The position numbers and the translations under genes were made by a program. A DNA stretch of 64,000 nt from the NCBI GenBank assembly GCA_018662825.1, contig JABJFI010000032.1, positions 50 to 64,049 of the forward strand, given 5' to 3'. This DNA is from Methanobacteriota archaeon. GTDB lineage: Archaea; Thermoplasmatota; Poseidoniia; Poseidoniales; Poseidoniaceae. This document shows, piece by piece, positions 18,080-27,466 of the stretch. The notes beneath the pieces were generated by a model. It was not told where the DNA came from and searched no databases. It saw only the letters and a program-made list of their open reading frames with translations. Each line of letters starts with the position of its first letter. Position 1 is the first letter of the stretch.

Positions 18080-18715
18080 ATGGCGAGAAGTAAGAAATCA
18101 ATGTTGATTGTCGGCGGAGTGGTTTTGGGAATTGCTCTGGTTGCAATTTTGTTTGGATACATAAAAATGCAGGATGGATTGGATTTCGACCCCCCTACTG
18201 ATAATTTTTGGGGCGGAGAGGCAAGTGACACTCCAGATTCACTTTCAGACTTCTCTGTGACTGGAAGCCTATTGTACAATGTTTGGACCGAGGATGACGG
18301 TGCTTTGCCAAATGTGAGTATCGTTGATTCAAATGGAATTGAAATCTTTAACAAATGTGCGGGAGATCGTTGTAGTGTCCAAGAGGGTTTCAGGGAATTG
18401 GGTACTTTCGGAATACCCACCAACGATACCCAGACCTACACAATCACGGTGACTGGTGAAGGAAATGCATATGTTATGACTCCCGCCCAAGGGCTGGGTG
18501 ATAGTTTACTAGGCATCGTATCCATCGTTGCGGGAGTTTGCTTTTCATTATGTGGATTAGTCATACTCATAATTGGCCTTGGGATGAAAGGTGGTGATGA
18601 ACAATTGGTGCACATGGTTCAACCTGGAGTGGTTGGCCAACAACCAATGCAGCAACAACCTCAGCAACAGGTGCAACAGCCAGTCCAACAACAGTATCAA
18701 CCACCTCAGCAATGA
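18080..18715 (+). CDS. bitopic membrane protein with a Gln/Pro-rich C-terminal tail
   Basis: N-terminal TM (MLIVGGVVLGIALVAILFGYI). ~130-aa ectodomain. Second TM (LLGIVSIVAGVCFSLCGLVILIIGLG). Tail QQPMQQQPQQQVQQPVQQQYQPPQQ. Confidence 0.6.
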   Translation: MARSKKSMLIVGGVVLGIALVAILFGYIKMQDGLDFDPPTDNFWGGEASDTPDSLSDFSVTGSLLYNVWTEDDGALPNVSIVDSNGIEIFNKCAGDRCSVQEGFRELGTFGIPTNDTQTYTITVTGEGNAYVMTPAQGLGDSLLGIVSIVAGVCFSLCGLVILIIGLGMKGGDEQLVHMVQPGVVGQQPMQQQPQQQVQQPVQQQYQPPQQ

Positions 18716-18873
18716 AAGAATTAACTATTTGCTTCCGGATAGTTTGGATATATCATATCAATTCTACACGATAAGCCAATTCTTTAGACTTTCAGTGGAT
18801 CTTTTCGTGCCTACCCTTGAAACGACGTCGTTCACAAGGGCTTGCAGTGGGCCACTACAGATGCTAGGCGTGC

Positions 18874-19251
18874 TTACTCTACGAACTGTGCCAATTGAGG
18901 TGGTTGCCAACCTTCAGGTTTGAGCACCTTTCCATCCTCGCGTCGAATTACTTTCCCATCAACAAGTTTGGCCATATTGGAACGGTGAACTTCATTGAAG
19001 GCATCATCATAGATGTGTTGCATTCCGTGGTTGATTATGGTACCTGCAAGGATATATCCAATATCTGCAAGAGCATCAAGAACTTCGACTAAATCACCAG
19101 TACGAGCAGCTTCTGCATATTCTTCCACTTCTTCTCGAAGTAATTTAATTCGTAATTCAATCATATCTTCCGGGCCCAGAGCAGGGGTGTTGAGTTTGGG
19201 GATTTCAAAGGCTTCATTGAATTCAAGTAGTGATTTGACAAGATGGTTCAT
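18874..19251 (-). CDS. MazG-like nucleotide pyrophosphohydrolase (all-alpha NTP-PPase)
   Basis: LRIKLLREEVEEYAEA...EVLDALADIGYILAGT...FNEVHRSNMAKL carries the ExxE...D..D metal-binding helices typical of small MazG-like proteins. Confidence 0.65.
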   Translation of the reverse strand: MNHLVKSLLEFNEAFEIPKLNTPALGPEDMIELRIKLLREEVEEYAEAARTGDLVEVLDALADIGYILAGTIINHGMQHIYDDAFNEVHRSNMAKLVDGKVIRREDGKVLKPEGWQPPQLAQFVE

Positions 19252-19337
19252 GATTTACGGTGAGCCGTCAAAGCACATCAACCTTCCATAGGTGTATTGT
19301 GACAACAGTCATCAACATGTTCTCGATTTAGAAACAT

Positions 19338-20261
19338 TTAGTCCAACATAAATCCGGCGTTGGGCTCAGACATAAATCCGATAATGAGTGCAAGGAGAAG
19401 AATCCATCCGGTTAACATGGATACACGGAATAATACCGTTTGAAAATCCTTGATTTTTTCTTTTTTCAAGACCACCCAGATGTTTAATGCCGCCATCATT
19501 CCTGCAGATGCAAGAAACCATATTCCATCCATTGGGTCACTGATAGCAAAGCAAGCAAACCAAACCAACGTTAACTGTATGGTTGTACGTGTGGTCGCAT
19601 TTTCTCCAAATTTGGATGGGAATGAATGTATTCCACTCTCGCGGTCACTCTCTACGTCCATTCGAGCATAATTGATATCAAATGCAGCAATCCACAAAGC
19701 AACGCCCAATGAAATTGGAAGAATGGTTGGAGCCCACAGGAAATCCGTTCCATACTCAAACATACCAGTAATTGCCGCCCAGCTGTGTACATCCGCTGCT
19801 ATAGCCACCCAGGCGCCCGCAGGGGCAAGGCCCAAGCAGAGTCCTAGCCAAAGATGACACAACCAAGTGTAGCGCTTCGTGTATGGGTAGACAACAAAAA
19901 CGAGAACAGGAAGCCATGCCATCATGAGTGCAACAGGGTTAAGCAGGCCCGCACCGATGAGTAGCATGGCCAAGAACGCGGCAGAAAGCGTCCATGCCGT
20001 TTGAAGGCTCATCTCACCTGAGGCGAGAAGGCGGCCTTCTGTTCGAGGATTTGCTGCATCAATATCTCGATCGATAATGCGATTCAGGGCCATGGCAAGT
20101 CCGCGTGCGCCGACTGCTGCAAGAAGAATCCACAGCAGATCAATTCCGGGAGAAATATTGAATTGCTCAAGGGCAATGAAATAGCCGATGAGAATGAAAG
20201 GGAGGGAAAACAGTGTATGTTCGATTTTTATGAAAGATAGAATTTGCTTGACATCCATCAT
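19338..20261 (-). CDS. ubiA: UbiA-family aromatic prenyltransferase
   Basis: Polytopic membrane protein with ARGLAMALNRIIDRDIDAANPRT (NxxxDxxxD) and a second Asp-rich motif AAFDINYARMDVESDRESG. Confidence 0.85.
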   Translation of the reverse strand: MMDVKQILSFIKIEHTLFSLPFILIGYFIALEQFNISPGIDLLWILLAAVGARGLAMALNRIIDRDIDAANPRTEGRLLASGEMSLQTAWTLSAAFLAMLLIGAGLLNPVALMMAWLPVLVFVVYPYTKRYTWLCHLWLGLCLGLAPAGAWVAIAADVHSWAAITGMFEYGTDFLWAPTILPISLGVALWIAAFDINYARMDVESDRESGIHSFPSKFGENATTRTTIQLTLVWFACFAISDPMDGIWFLASAGMMAALNIWVVLKKEKIKDFQTVLFRVSMLTGWILLLALIIGFMSEPNAGFMLD

Positions 20262-22297
20262 TCATTCCCTCCAAACGACAGATGGGGTGGCCATTGATAT
20301 TTTTCCAATTCAGGGTGTTGACCCACTTTCTCAAGTGTTTCTGGGGAATGCAATGTGATGGAAGGCCATCTGCGCACACCATGCTTTACGGAAGGAATTG
20401 GTGTAGTAGCATCCCAACAAAGGCGTTGCCTCTGTTCGTCAAAGGTGAGCCCTCGCCCGACATCAAACCGCGAGGTAAGTTGCCATAAAAGGCGGCGGTG
20501 AGCTTTTTCGCAATGCAAATCAAGGTCATCGTTAGTGATAAAGAGCCAGCGAAGTGAAAATAAATTATCTAATTGCCAAATTGATTTTCGCAATTGAGAA
20601 ATACGCTCTATTCTCGATGCTTCAGCATCGTCATTTGATTCGGATTGTCCATCTTGAGGGGTCGGTGAGTTTTCAATGTGGGTTGTGACAACCATGATGC
20701 TATCTCGTAGCATTCTCGCATCAGCAACATGTTCCAATTTGAGAACGTCTTCAAGACCAGAGAATCCAGGTGCCTCGCCTTTACCTTGCCTCCATTCAGG
20801 TGTAGGTTGCGCATATGAGCCTTCGAGCGGTTCACCCTCTGCACGTGGGTCTCGCTCTGCCAGAGTTGTGGCATCGATGAGGAGTTTACTGTGTACATTT
20901 TCATACGGACTGGCCGCTTCAAGCGAATCAGCAACCATGCCATCAAGGACCAGAACATCGGTTGCAATATCGACCTTCGAATGCAGTGCGTCAAGAAGTG
21001 CTTCCAAATTCTTAGGGTTTTGATGTTCATCAACTGCAATGATTGTTTTGAGGAACATCATTTGCCCAGCCCCCAACAAACCAAGTGCTGTTTTCCGAGC
21101 TTGACGCGGATAGCGTTGCTTAGAAGCAACAATGGCTAAATTATGGAATCCAGATTCCATTGGTAGGTGAACGCTTTTCACGTCACGATGTTGGAAATTG
21201 AGAACGGGTGAAAATTGCTGACCAATCGCTTCACCCAGATGCCCGTCTTCCATTGGTGGCAATCCAACAATGGTTGCAGCCAAAACAGCATCCTTTCGGC
21301 AAGTGATTGCAGTGACATGCATGACTGGATATTGGCCCGTCAGTGAATAGAACCCGAAATGGTCACCAAATGGCCCCTCAAGTCGAGTCTCGCCAGGAAT
21401 ACAATAGCCTTCGATGACAATATCGGCTTCAGCGGGCACCATCAAATCTTGAGTGAGTGCTTTGGTAATCGGCAATGATTTACGACCTAGTATACCAGCG
21501 AATTGGTATTCGCTCAAGTTATCTGGAAGTGGAGAAATTGCTGAAAAAATGAGTTCTGGAGGGCCACCCATGCAGATTGCAACCGGCATACGCTCATCTC
21601 CACCAGCGTCTTTGACGGCAGCAGCGTGTTCCGCTCCATGTTTGTGTATTTGCCAATGAAGTCCGATCTCTTTGGGGCCGAATACTTGAGCACGATACAT
21701 GCCAAGGTTGTGCTCTCCATTTTTCGGATTCTTGGTTACCACAAGTGGGAGAGTGACAAATGGTCCACCATCTTTTGGCCACATCGTAGGAATTGGAAGT
21801 TGAGTCAAGTCGATAGGTAGTTGCACTCGTTGGCATTTCCCCTTACGCTTTTTCTTAGGAGGCATTGCCAAAGCATCACGAATTAGAGGTAAGCCTTTCC
21901 ATGGCCTACGCATATAGAGGCCGATGTCAGGTTTCATCATAGCGACCATTCGGTCACCGATTTCAGTTTCATGACTGGCGCCCAATGCGCGTAATGTTCG
22001 GTCTTTACCTCCAAACAAATTCATTGCTAATGGGATGTTACTGATGGTTCCATCAGCAAGGCGAGGCTGTTCAAACAAAACTGCAGGTCCGTCGTTTTTG
22101 ACCAGTAAATCAGCAATTGCTCCTGCTTCAAACTGAACATCAACCGGGCGAGCAATACGCAGTAATTCACCGCGTTGCTCGAGATGGTCGAGCCACCGCT
22201 TAGAAGTACGCCACGCCACAACCTGCCGTAGTGGGACCTCCCTTTGAACCGTCGTATTCACACAATAGGCCGAATTTTGAGCGTGGAGAGAATACAT
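20258..22297 (-). CDS. ubiD: UbiD-family (prenylated-FMN-dependent) decarboxylase with an extra C-terminal module
   Basis: HWQIHKHGA, MPVAICMGGPP, EGPFGDHFGFY and LKTIIAVDEHQNP...LLIDATT are UbiD signatures. A 4-nt overlap with ubiA (ATGA) suggests an operon. At 679 aa it is longer than typical family members. Confidence 0.85.
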   Translation of the reverse strand: MYSLHAQNSAYCVNTTVQREVPLRQVVAWRTSKRWLDHLEQRGELLRIARPVDVQFEAGAIADLLVKNDGPAVLFEQPRLADGTISNIPLAMNLFGGKDRTLRALGASHETEIGDRMVAMMKPDIGLYMRRPWKGLPLIRDALAMPPKKKRKGKCQRVQLPIDLTQLPIPTMWPKDGGPFVTLPLVVTKNPKNGEHNLGMYRAQVFGPKEIGLHWQIHKHGAEHAAAVKDAGGDERMPVAICMGGPPELIFSAISPLPDNLSEYQFAGILGRKSLPITKALTQDLMVPAEADIVIEGYCIPGETRLEGPFGDHFGFYSLTGQYPVMHVTAITCRKDAVLAATIVGLPPMEDGHLGEAIGQQFSPVLNFQHRDVKSVHLPMESGFHNLAIVASKQRYPRQARKTALGLLGAGQMMFLKTIIAVDEHQNPKNLEALLDALHSKVDIATDVLVLDGMVADSLEAASPYENVHSKLLIDATTLAERDPRAEGEPLEGSYAQPTPEWRQGKGEAPGFSGLEDVLKLEHVADARMLRDSIMVVTTHIENSPTPQDGQSESNDDAEASRIERISQLRKSIWQLDNLFSLRWLFITNDDLDLHCEKAHRRLLWQLTSRFDVGRGLTFDEQRQRLCWDATTPIPSVKHGVRRWPSITLHSPETLEKVGQHPELEKYQWPPHLSFGGNE

Positions 22298-22542
22298 TCA
22301 TTGAAAACTTACACCGATTTGTAGGGATGTTAAATGTACATTCTTTGTATCGTCATTGTTTATCTTGAGCGTCGGACTTGCTGGCGCTGAAAGAACACCA
22401 TTTCTTTCACTCATATCTTGACTTACCTTGCAGGCTTTTATCGCAGTCTTGCATCGAATAACTGAAAATCGAGCCAACAGCATCAACCGTTTCTTTCATG
22501 GACTTGATTCCTCAGTTGCTGTTCATGGGGGGCGAAGCGAAG

Positions 22543-23766
22543 ATGTTCGATGTCTTGGTAATCGGGGCAGGCCCTGGTGGGGGTTCTGCGGCTCTTCATG
22601 CCGCTCGGGCAGGTTTGTCAACACTAATTGTTGAGGCTGACCCAGAAATTGGTACGCCTGTTCACTGCGGGGAATGCCTGAGTGAACTCGCCGTTGAGAA
22701 TCTCGATTTGGAACTCCCCGAACATGTCAAAGCGCTCGATGTAAAAGGTATCCGAGTCATTTTTCCCGATGGGACAGAAAAGTTGCTCACCGAGAGGGGC
22801 TATGTTCTTGAAAAACATCTTTTCGAACGATGGTTATGTGATGAGGCAATAAAAGAAGGCGCTGAATTAAAACTACACCATCGCGTGACCTCAATGGAGA
22901 GAGTTTTCAATAGCGAAAATCAATTTTCCTATTGGGATATTGATGGGAAAGGCGAAGGTTTCCCATTACAGTGTAAATCAGTGATCGATGCATCTGGGGT
23001 GTCCGGAGCAGCATCTAAACTTCTTGACATGGGTACCGAAGTCGAGGTAATCGCTGGATTTCAATACGAAATATTGGATGTCAAAAACGATGGTTATCTT
23101 GACTTTTATTTGTGGCCAAAGTACTCTCCACATGGTTATGTTTGGATGATTCCAAAAGAAGGCGGAAGAGCCAATGTTGGTTTGGTAACAACCGATAAAA
23201 AAGGTGCGATTAAGTATCTAGATTCGTTCATCAAAGACACTTATCTTGATGGTAAACCAATCGTTAATCCTCCTTGGCGAGCGGAAGGTATCAAAGTACG
23301 TCCTTTTGGGGGAACTATTCCGATTTCAGGTCCGCGTTCGGTCACAGTCGATGATGGTTTGATTTTGGTCGGCGATGCTGCAGGTTTCACCTCACCTCTG
23401 TTTGAGGGCGGCTCTCACTTGGCACTTTGGTCTGGACGAGAGGCTGCAAAAACCATTGCATCGATATTACGTTCTAAATCAACACTTTCCAAAGAGCAAT
23501 TGATGGTCTATGAAAAGTCATGGAAGAAGAAATTCCCACCATATTCGAAAATCCTCAAAGGCAAAACAGCCTTGTACGAATTAACAGATGATGAAATGTC
23601 GATTATGGCGCGTTGCTTACCTGAAGAACTCGGCAACATGTCGCCTTTGCAAAAAGTAGGCATAGGGTTGAAAATCCTCGTCCGCAAACCAATGTTATTC
23701 ACTAAAAGGGTGATTCATGTCCTCCTTTCTTTTGGATACTCCCGTGCCAAATTCTTTGGTTGGTGA
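22543..23766 (+). CDS. geranylgeranyl reductase-family FAD-dependent oxidoreductase
   Basis: FDVLVIGAGPGGGSAALHAARAGLSTLIVE (GxGxxG) and LVGDAAGFTSPLFEGGSHLALWSG. The ORF track starts at 22498; the ATG at 22543 gives the normal N-terminus. Confidence 0.8.
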   Translation: MFDVLVIGAGPGGGSAALHAARAGLSTLIVEADPEIGTPVHCGECLSELAVENLDLELPEHVKALDVKGIRVIFPDGTEKLLTERGYVLEKHLFERWLCDEAIKEGAELKLHHRVTSMERVFNSENQFSYWDIDGKGEGFPLQCKSVIDASGVSGAASKLLDMGTEVEVIAGFQYEILDVKNDGYLDFYLWPKYSPHGYVWMIPKEGGRANVGLVTTDKKGAIKYLDSFIKDTYLDGKPIVNPPWRAEGIKVRPFGGTIPISGPRSVTVDDGLILVGDAAGFTSPLFEGGSHLALWSGREAAKTIASILRSKSTLSKEQLMVYEKSWKKKFPPYSKILKGKTALYELTDDEMSIMARCLPEELGNMSPLQKVGIGLKILVRKPMLFTKRVIHVLLSFGYSRAKFFGW

Positions 23767-23823
23767 ACTCCAACCATCTTCGAGTTGAACACGCGCAACC
23801 TCCTTGAGGGAGCATCACGACCA

Positions 23824-26460
23824 ATGTCCATGTGGGGGTTGACAATGTGGCTTGCCATCATTGCAGCAGTCGTATTGCTGGTTCGTCCTTTGCTTCAACA
23901 ACAATCAAAACCAGCCTCAATAACATTTCATATTCTCATGGCTTTGCCGTTTTTTGCTCTAGCGAGCCGTTTTCTTGTCAACGATACATCGTTTGCTCAT
24001 GTCGTCTCCTATGGCGGTGAAGAACTTCCTCTTCGCTATCGATTTGCTGCGACATGGGCTGCTCGTGAAGGCCCACTATTGCTTTGGGTCATGTGGATGA
24101 CGGTGTTGGCCTTTATTTGGAGAAAACCAATGAATGGGGAAAACACCGACACAACCCATCCTCTCCGACTCCGATTGATTTATGGTTTCAATCTGCTTCT
24201 ATTACTCCTTGCTTTAACCCTCGACCCCTTCAAAGAAAGCACGAATATGGGAATTGGTCAAGGTTTGAATGAATTATTGCAAACCGACCTCATGGTGATA
24301 CACCCGCCACTTATTTTCTTAGCTTATTCATTATGTTTACATCTGAGTTCAATCGCTCTTTCATCGATGTTTACAGATTCTAAAGGAATTCAAGAACGTA
24401 TGCTCAGCATCGTTCGCCCGGGCTTATTTGTATCAACGCTTGGAATTGGTTTAGGCGGGTTATGGGCTTACTTAATTCTCGATTGGGGCGGATATTGGGC
24501 TTGGGACCCTGTTGAAACCGGTTCACTGCTGCCTTGGCTTGCCTTGGTTTTCATGGCCCACCTTCGCACTAGGCCTGGCAAAACATCTGAACAAACTTGG
24601 ATTGGTGCAGGTTTGGCCGCAGGTGGACTTGCGTTATTTGCTACACTTGTTACTCGTGCAGGCGGCGTTTGGGCATCTTCAGTCCATACCTTTGTCACTG
24701 ATTCAGCAGGTACGCCTCCATCTGATGCATTTTCACGGATGATGGTACTCAAATCTGATGCTACAGCAGGCGTAGAGGTAATGACCTATCTGGTAATCTT
24801 ACTACTTTTTATTGGGTTTTGGCTCCAATTACAACGAAATTCCGAGAAAAACTGGAAACCTACGCCACACTCGCTTCGTCTTTTCAGTCTGCCATTAATT
24901 GGAGTAATACTTGCTTTAATCCTCCAATTATATATCGATCAATCGTGCGATTCCCAAAATCTACCTTCGTGTTCAGTCACTTTGGATGCAACTGTGTATG
25001 CCTTAATTCCATCCTTTGTCTTCTCATCCCTTCTGTTTGCACCACTTGCCCTTGAATTCTTCTTAGGCGATGTTCGCACACCAAGACCTTCAGTAGAAGG
25101 TTGGAGTTTTGGTTCGCTCGTTCAAACAGGTGAAAAAGACAGAACGAACTCTTTGTTTTTCATCCTTCTATTGGTTGCCATTTTTATTTTTGGCCTTACA
25201 GATAATTTCCTCTATACGGCCCTCTTTTTAATATTCTTTACACCACTGTTTTTTGCCGAGGATGCAACAAAATTGTGGGCACATGGTGCAGGAGGCGTGA
25301 TGCTTGGTCTTGCCGGTGCTTGGTCAGGAATGGTTGAGGTATTAGCGGCTGGCATCATTATTCTGTTTTTTATTCTCCCGTGGTTGCTTGTTCCTGAATC
25401 AGAAGAAACATCATCGTTCTCCTTTTTTGAGAAGAAATCCCAGCAAAAAATTGCCTTATGGGCCTCAGTAGGAGTCATAGGGACTTACTTGGTTTTGACA
25501 ATAGTGCTTCTTTTATCAAGCATTGATGCCATCAATTTCGAGGGCCATGAATTGTATGGGGCCCCGTTCCTAATGGCATTTGCAGGTTCGTTGTTTTTGT
25601 ATTCTAATCGCCGGCATGATGCAAAACGAAATGCTTGGCTCCTCATTGGTACACTATTGATTTCAATTCTTTTCGCCATATGGCAACCTGTGGCCTTTGG
25701 AATGGATTCCAGTACCGCCATATCTTCACTCATTGTCCGAGGTGTTTTGGCATGGCTGACACTCCCTATCTTGATTCTCGTCGTTGTTCCAATGGTGAAA
25801 GAAGTCGTAATTACCCAAGGCATTGAACGTTCAAAAATCCCAATTTGGAGAAGAATTCCTCTTGGGGCACACCTTGTTCATCTTGGCCTGTTGTTGTTGT
25901 TAATTGGGCATGTATATACAACGGTACTTATCGATAGAGGGGATGCAAGCCATCGAGTGACCATGGTCAAAGACGAAATCGTATTCGATGGAAATTATGG
26001 ATACGAATTTACAGGTCTGCGAATGACAACCGAAGACCTTGAAGTCGGTAATGGCTATGTTGGAATTCAAATTAATGTCTATGAACTTGAAAACGACGGG
26101 GTTGGGGACAAAATCGGAACCGTTGAACCAGGAATGTTGCGGTTTGATACAATCACAGATTCAGGTTTTGTACTTTCATCGAAATCACGTTCCGAAGTGG
26201 ATACTCTCACTCGTTGGAGCGGGGACATGGTCTTCATTTTTGACGGAAGTCAGGCCAATGGATTGATGCAAGAAACAGTAGCAAACGGTTCTGATTCAGT
26301 TCAGATTGTGCGAGTAACTGTCTACGACCTACCAGCCTCTCACATGGTGTGGCTCGGCTGGACTACTATGCTACTGGGAATGGGCGTGGTTGTTCTTGGA
26401 GACATTTCCAAAAACGAGCGACTGAAGGCTAAAACAATCACTTCAAATGAAGAAGAGTGA
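23824..26460 (+). CDS. ccmF: CcmF-like cytochrome c-type biogenesis protein (heme lyase/heme-handling family)
   Basis: Many TM helices. Trp-rich heme-handling motif LDWGGYWAWDPVETGSLLPWL. C-terminal soluble domain resembles CcmF_C (VTMVKDEIVFDGNYGYEFTGL...). The ORF track TTG is at 23785. Confidence 0.75.
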   Translation: MSMWGLTMWLAIIAAVVLLVRPLLQQQSKPASITFHILMALPFFALASRFLVNDTSFAHVVSYGGEELPLRYRFAATWAAREGPLLLWVMWMTVLAFIWRKPMNGENTDTTHPLRLRLIYGFNLLLLLLALTLDPFKESTNMGIGQGLNELLQTDLMVIHPPLIFLAYSLCLHLSSIALSSMFTDSKGIQERMLSIVRPGLFVSTLGIGLGGLWAYLILDWGGYWAWDPVETGSLLPWLALVFMAHLRTRPGKTSEQTWIGAGLAAGGLALFATLVTRAGGVWASSVHTFVTDSAGTPPSDAFSRMMVLKSDATAGVEVMTYLVILLLFIGFWLQLQRNSEKNWKPTPHSLRLFSLPLIGVILALILQLYIDQSCDSQNLPSCSVTLDATVYALIPSFVFSSLLFAPLALEFFLGDVRTPRPSVEGWSFGSLVQTGEKDRTNSLFFILLLVAIFIFGLTDNFLYTALFLIFFTPLFFAEDATKLWAHGAGGVMLGLAGAWSGMVEVLAAGIIILFFILPWLLVPESEETSSFSFFEKKSQQKIALWASVGVIGTYLVLTIVLLLSSIDAINFEGHELYGAPFLMAFAGSLFLYSNRRHDAKRNAWLLIGTLLISILFAIWQPVAFGMDSSTAISSLIVRGVLAWLTLPILILVVVPMVKEVVITQGIERSKIPIWRRIPLGAHLVHLGLLLLLIGHVYTTVLIDRGDASHRVTMVKDEIVFDGNYGYEFTGLRMTTEDLEVGNGYVGIQINVYELENDGVGDKIGTVEPGMLRFDTITDSGFVLSSKSRSEVDTLTRWSGDMVFIFDGSQANGLMQETVANGSDSVQIVRVTVYDLPASHMVWLGWTTMLLGMGVVVLGDISKNERLKAKTITSNEEE

Positions 26461-26530
26461 ACAACTTCTTCTCCAATGCAATTATGAAGGGGGCGATGGT
26501 CGCCGAACTACCCGAAAGGGAGGTTATACT

Positions 26531-27379
26531 ATGGAAGAAGGAACAATTGTCCACGTGGATTATGAACTTTACAACAATGAAACAGGTGATCTCATTGAGA
26601 CAACCCGTGAAGCAGTCGCTAAGGAACACGAAGCACATCAAGAGAACCGCACCTACGAACCAATGGTCTGTATCGTTGGCGGAGGACAACTTATTCCTGG
26701 TTTTGAAGCCGCTCTTGCTGAAGCAAAGAAAGGCAAGGAAACTGAAATTGTTATCGCTCCAGAAGATGCTTATGGTGAAAAAGATGCAGAACAAGTTGAA
26801 ACAATCAGTATCGACAAACTAATCCGGGCTGTTCAAGACCCAAATTCACTCTACATTGGCGCTCCAGTAACTATCAATGGACGTCAAGGGCAACTCTCCT
26901 ATCTTGCAGCAGGACGTGCTCGAATTGATTACAACCACCCAATGGCTGGTAAATCTCTCAAGTATTCGTTCAATATCGTTGATGTTATTGAAGGAAAAGA
27001 AGACAAGGTGACTGCACTTCTTCAAGCAAACACTGGGCATTCAGGTTTCGAAGTTAGTTTCTCTGGAGACGACCTTTCAATCGTGTTGCCACAAACAATG
27101 CTTTTCGATACCAATGCAGCTATGCTCAAATTCCGCTTAGTCACCACAATCCGAGATGCGATTGAATGTGGCAAAGTTTCTTTCATTGAAGTACACGAGC
27201 CTCGAGGATTCGGTGTTGAAGATGAAGATGACCATGACCACGACCATGACCACGACCATGGTGAAGACCTCTCCTCACTTTCTGTTGCTCAACTAAAGGA
27301 ACGTTGCAAGGCAGCTGGTCTACCCGTTGGTGGAAAGAAAGCAGATTTGGTTGCTCGTCTTTCACAAGAAGAAGAGTGA
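26531..27379 (+). CDS. FKBP-type peptidyl-prolyl isomerase (SlyD-like) with a His/Asp-rich segment and a C-terminal SAP-like motif
   Basis: VHVDYELYNNETGDLIETT...IVGGGQLIPGFEAALAEAKKGKETEIVIAPEDAYGEKD is the FKBP core. EDEDDHDHDHDHDHGED follows. C-terminus LSVAQLKERCKAAGLPVGGKKADLVARL. GGAGG lies 9 nt before the ATG at 26531. Confidence 0.85.
   Translation: MEEGTIVHVDYELYNNETGDLIETTREAVAKEHEAHQENRTYEPMVCIVGGGQLIPGFEAALAEAKKGKETEIVIAPEDAYGEKDAEQVETISIDKLIRAVQDPNSLYIGAPVTINGRQGQLSYLAAGRARIDYNHPMAGKSLKYSFNIVDVIEGKEDKVTALLQANTGHSGFEVSFSGDDLSIVLPQTMLFDTNAAMLKFRLVTTIRDAIECGKVSFIEVHEPRGFGVEDEDDHDHDHDHDHGEDLSSLSVAQLKERCKAAGLPVGGKKADLVARLSQEEE
27230..27259 (+). repeat. 12-bp microsatellite-like repeat (GACCATGACCAC x2.5) encoding the (DH)n tract
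   Basis: Read directly from sequence inside the FKBP gene. Confidence 0.7.
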
Positions 27380-27466
27380 ATACATTTTGGCTTGAATCAA
27401 ACGAATCAACAGCATCCGCCCCCAAAGGATATTGAAGAGATGCCCTAGGCGAGAACAGGGATTGTA

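Noticed and set aside
17962-18423. 153-aa minus-strand ORF overlapping the 18080..18715 gene
   Set aside because: The plus-strand ORF has coherent membrane-protein architecture (two TM helices, ectodomain, tail). The minus ORF is P/S-rich with no features.
22298-22486. 62-aa ORF whose stop abuts the ubiD ATG (TGAATG)
   Set aside because: It has no motif and would leave only about 56 bp for two divergent promoters. It is probably non-coding leader or promoter DNA, though coupling to ubiD cannot be excluded without conservation data.
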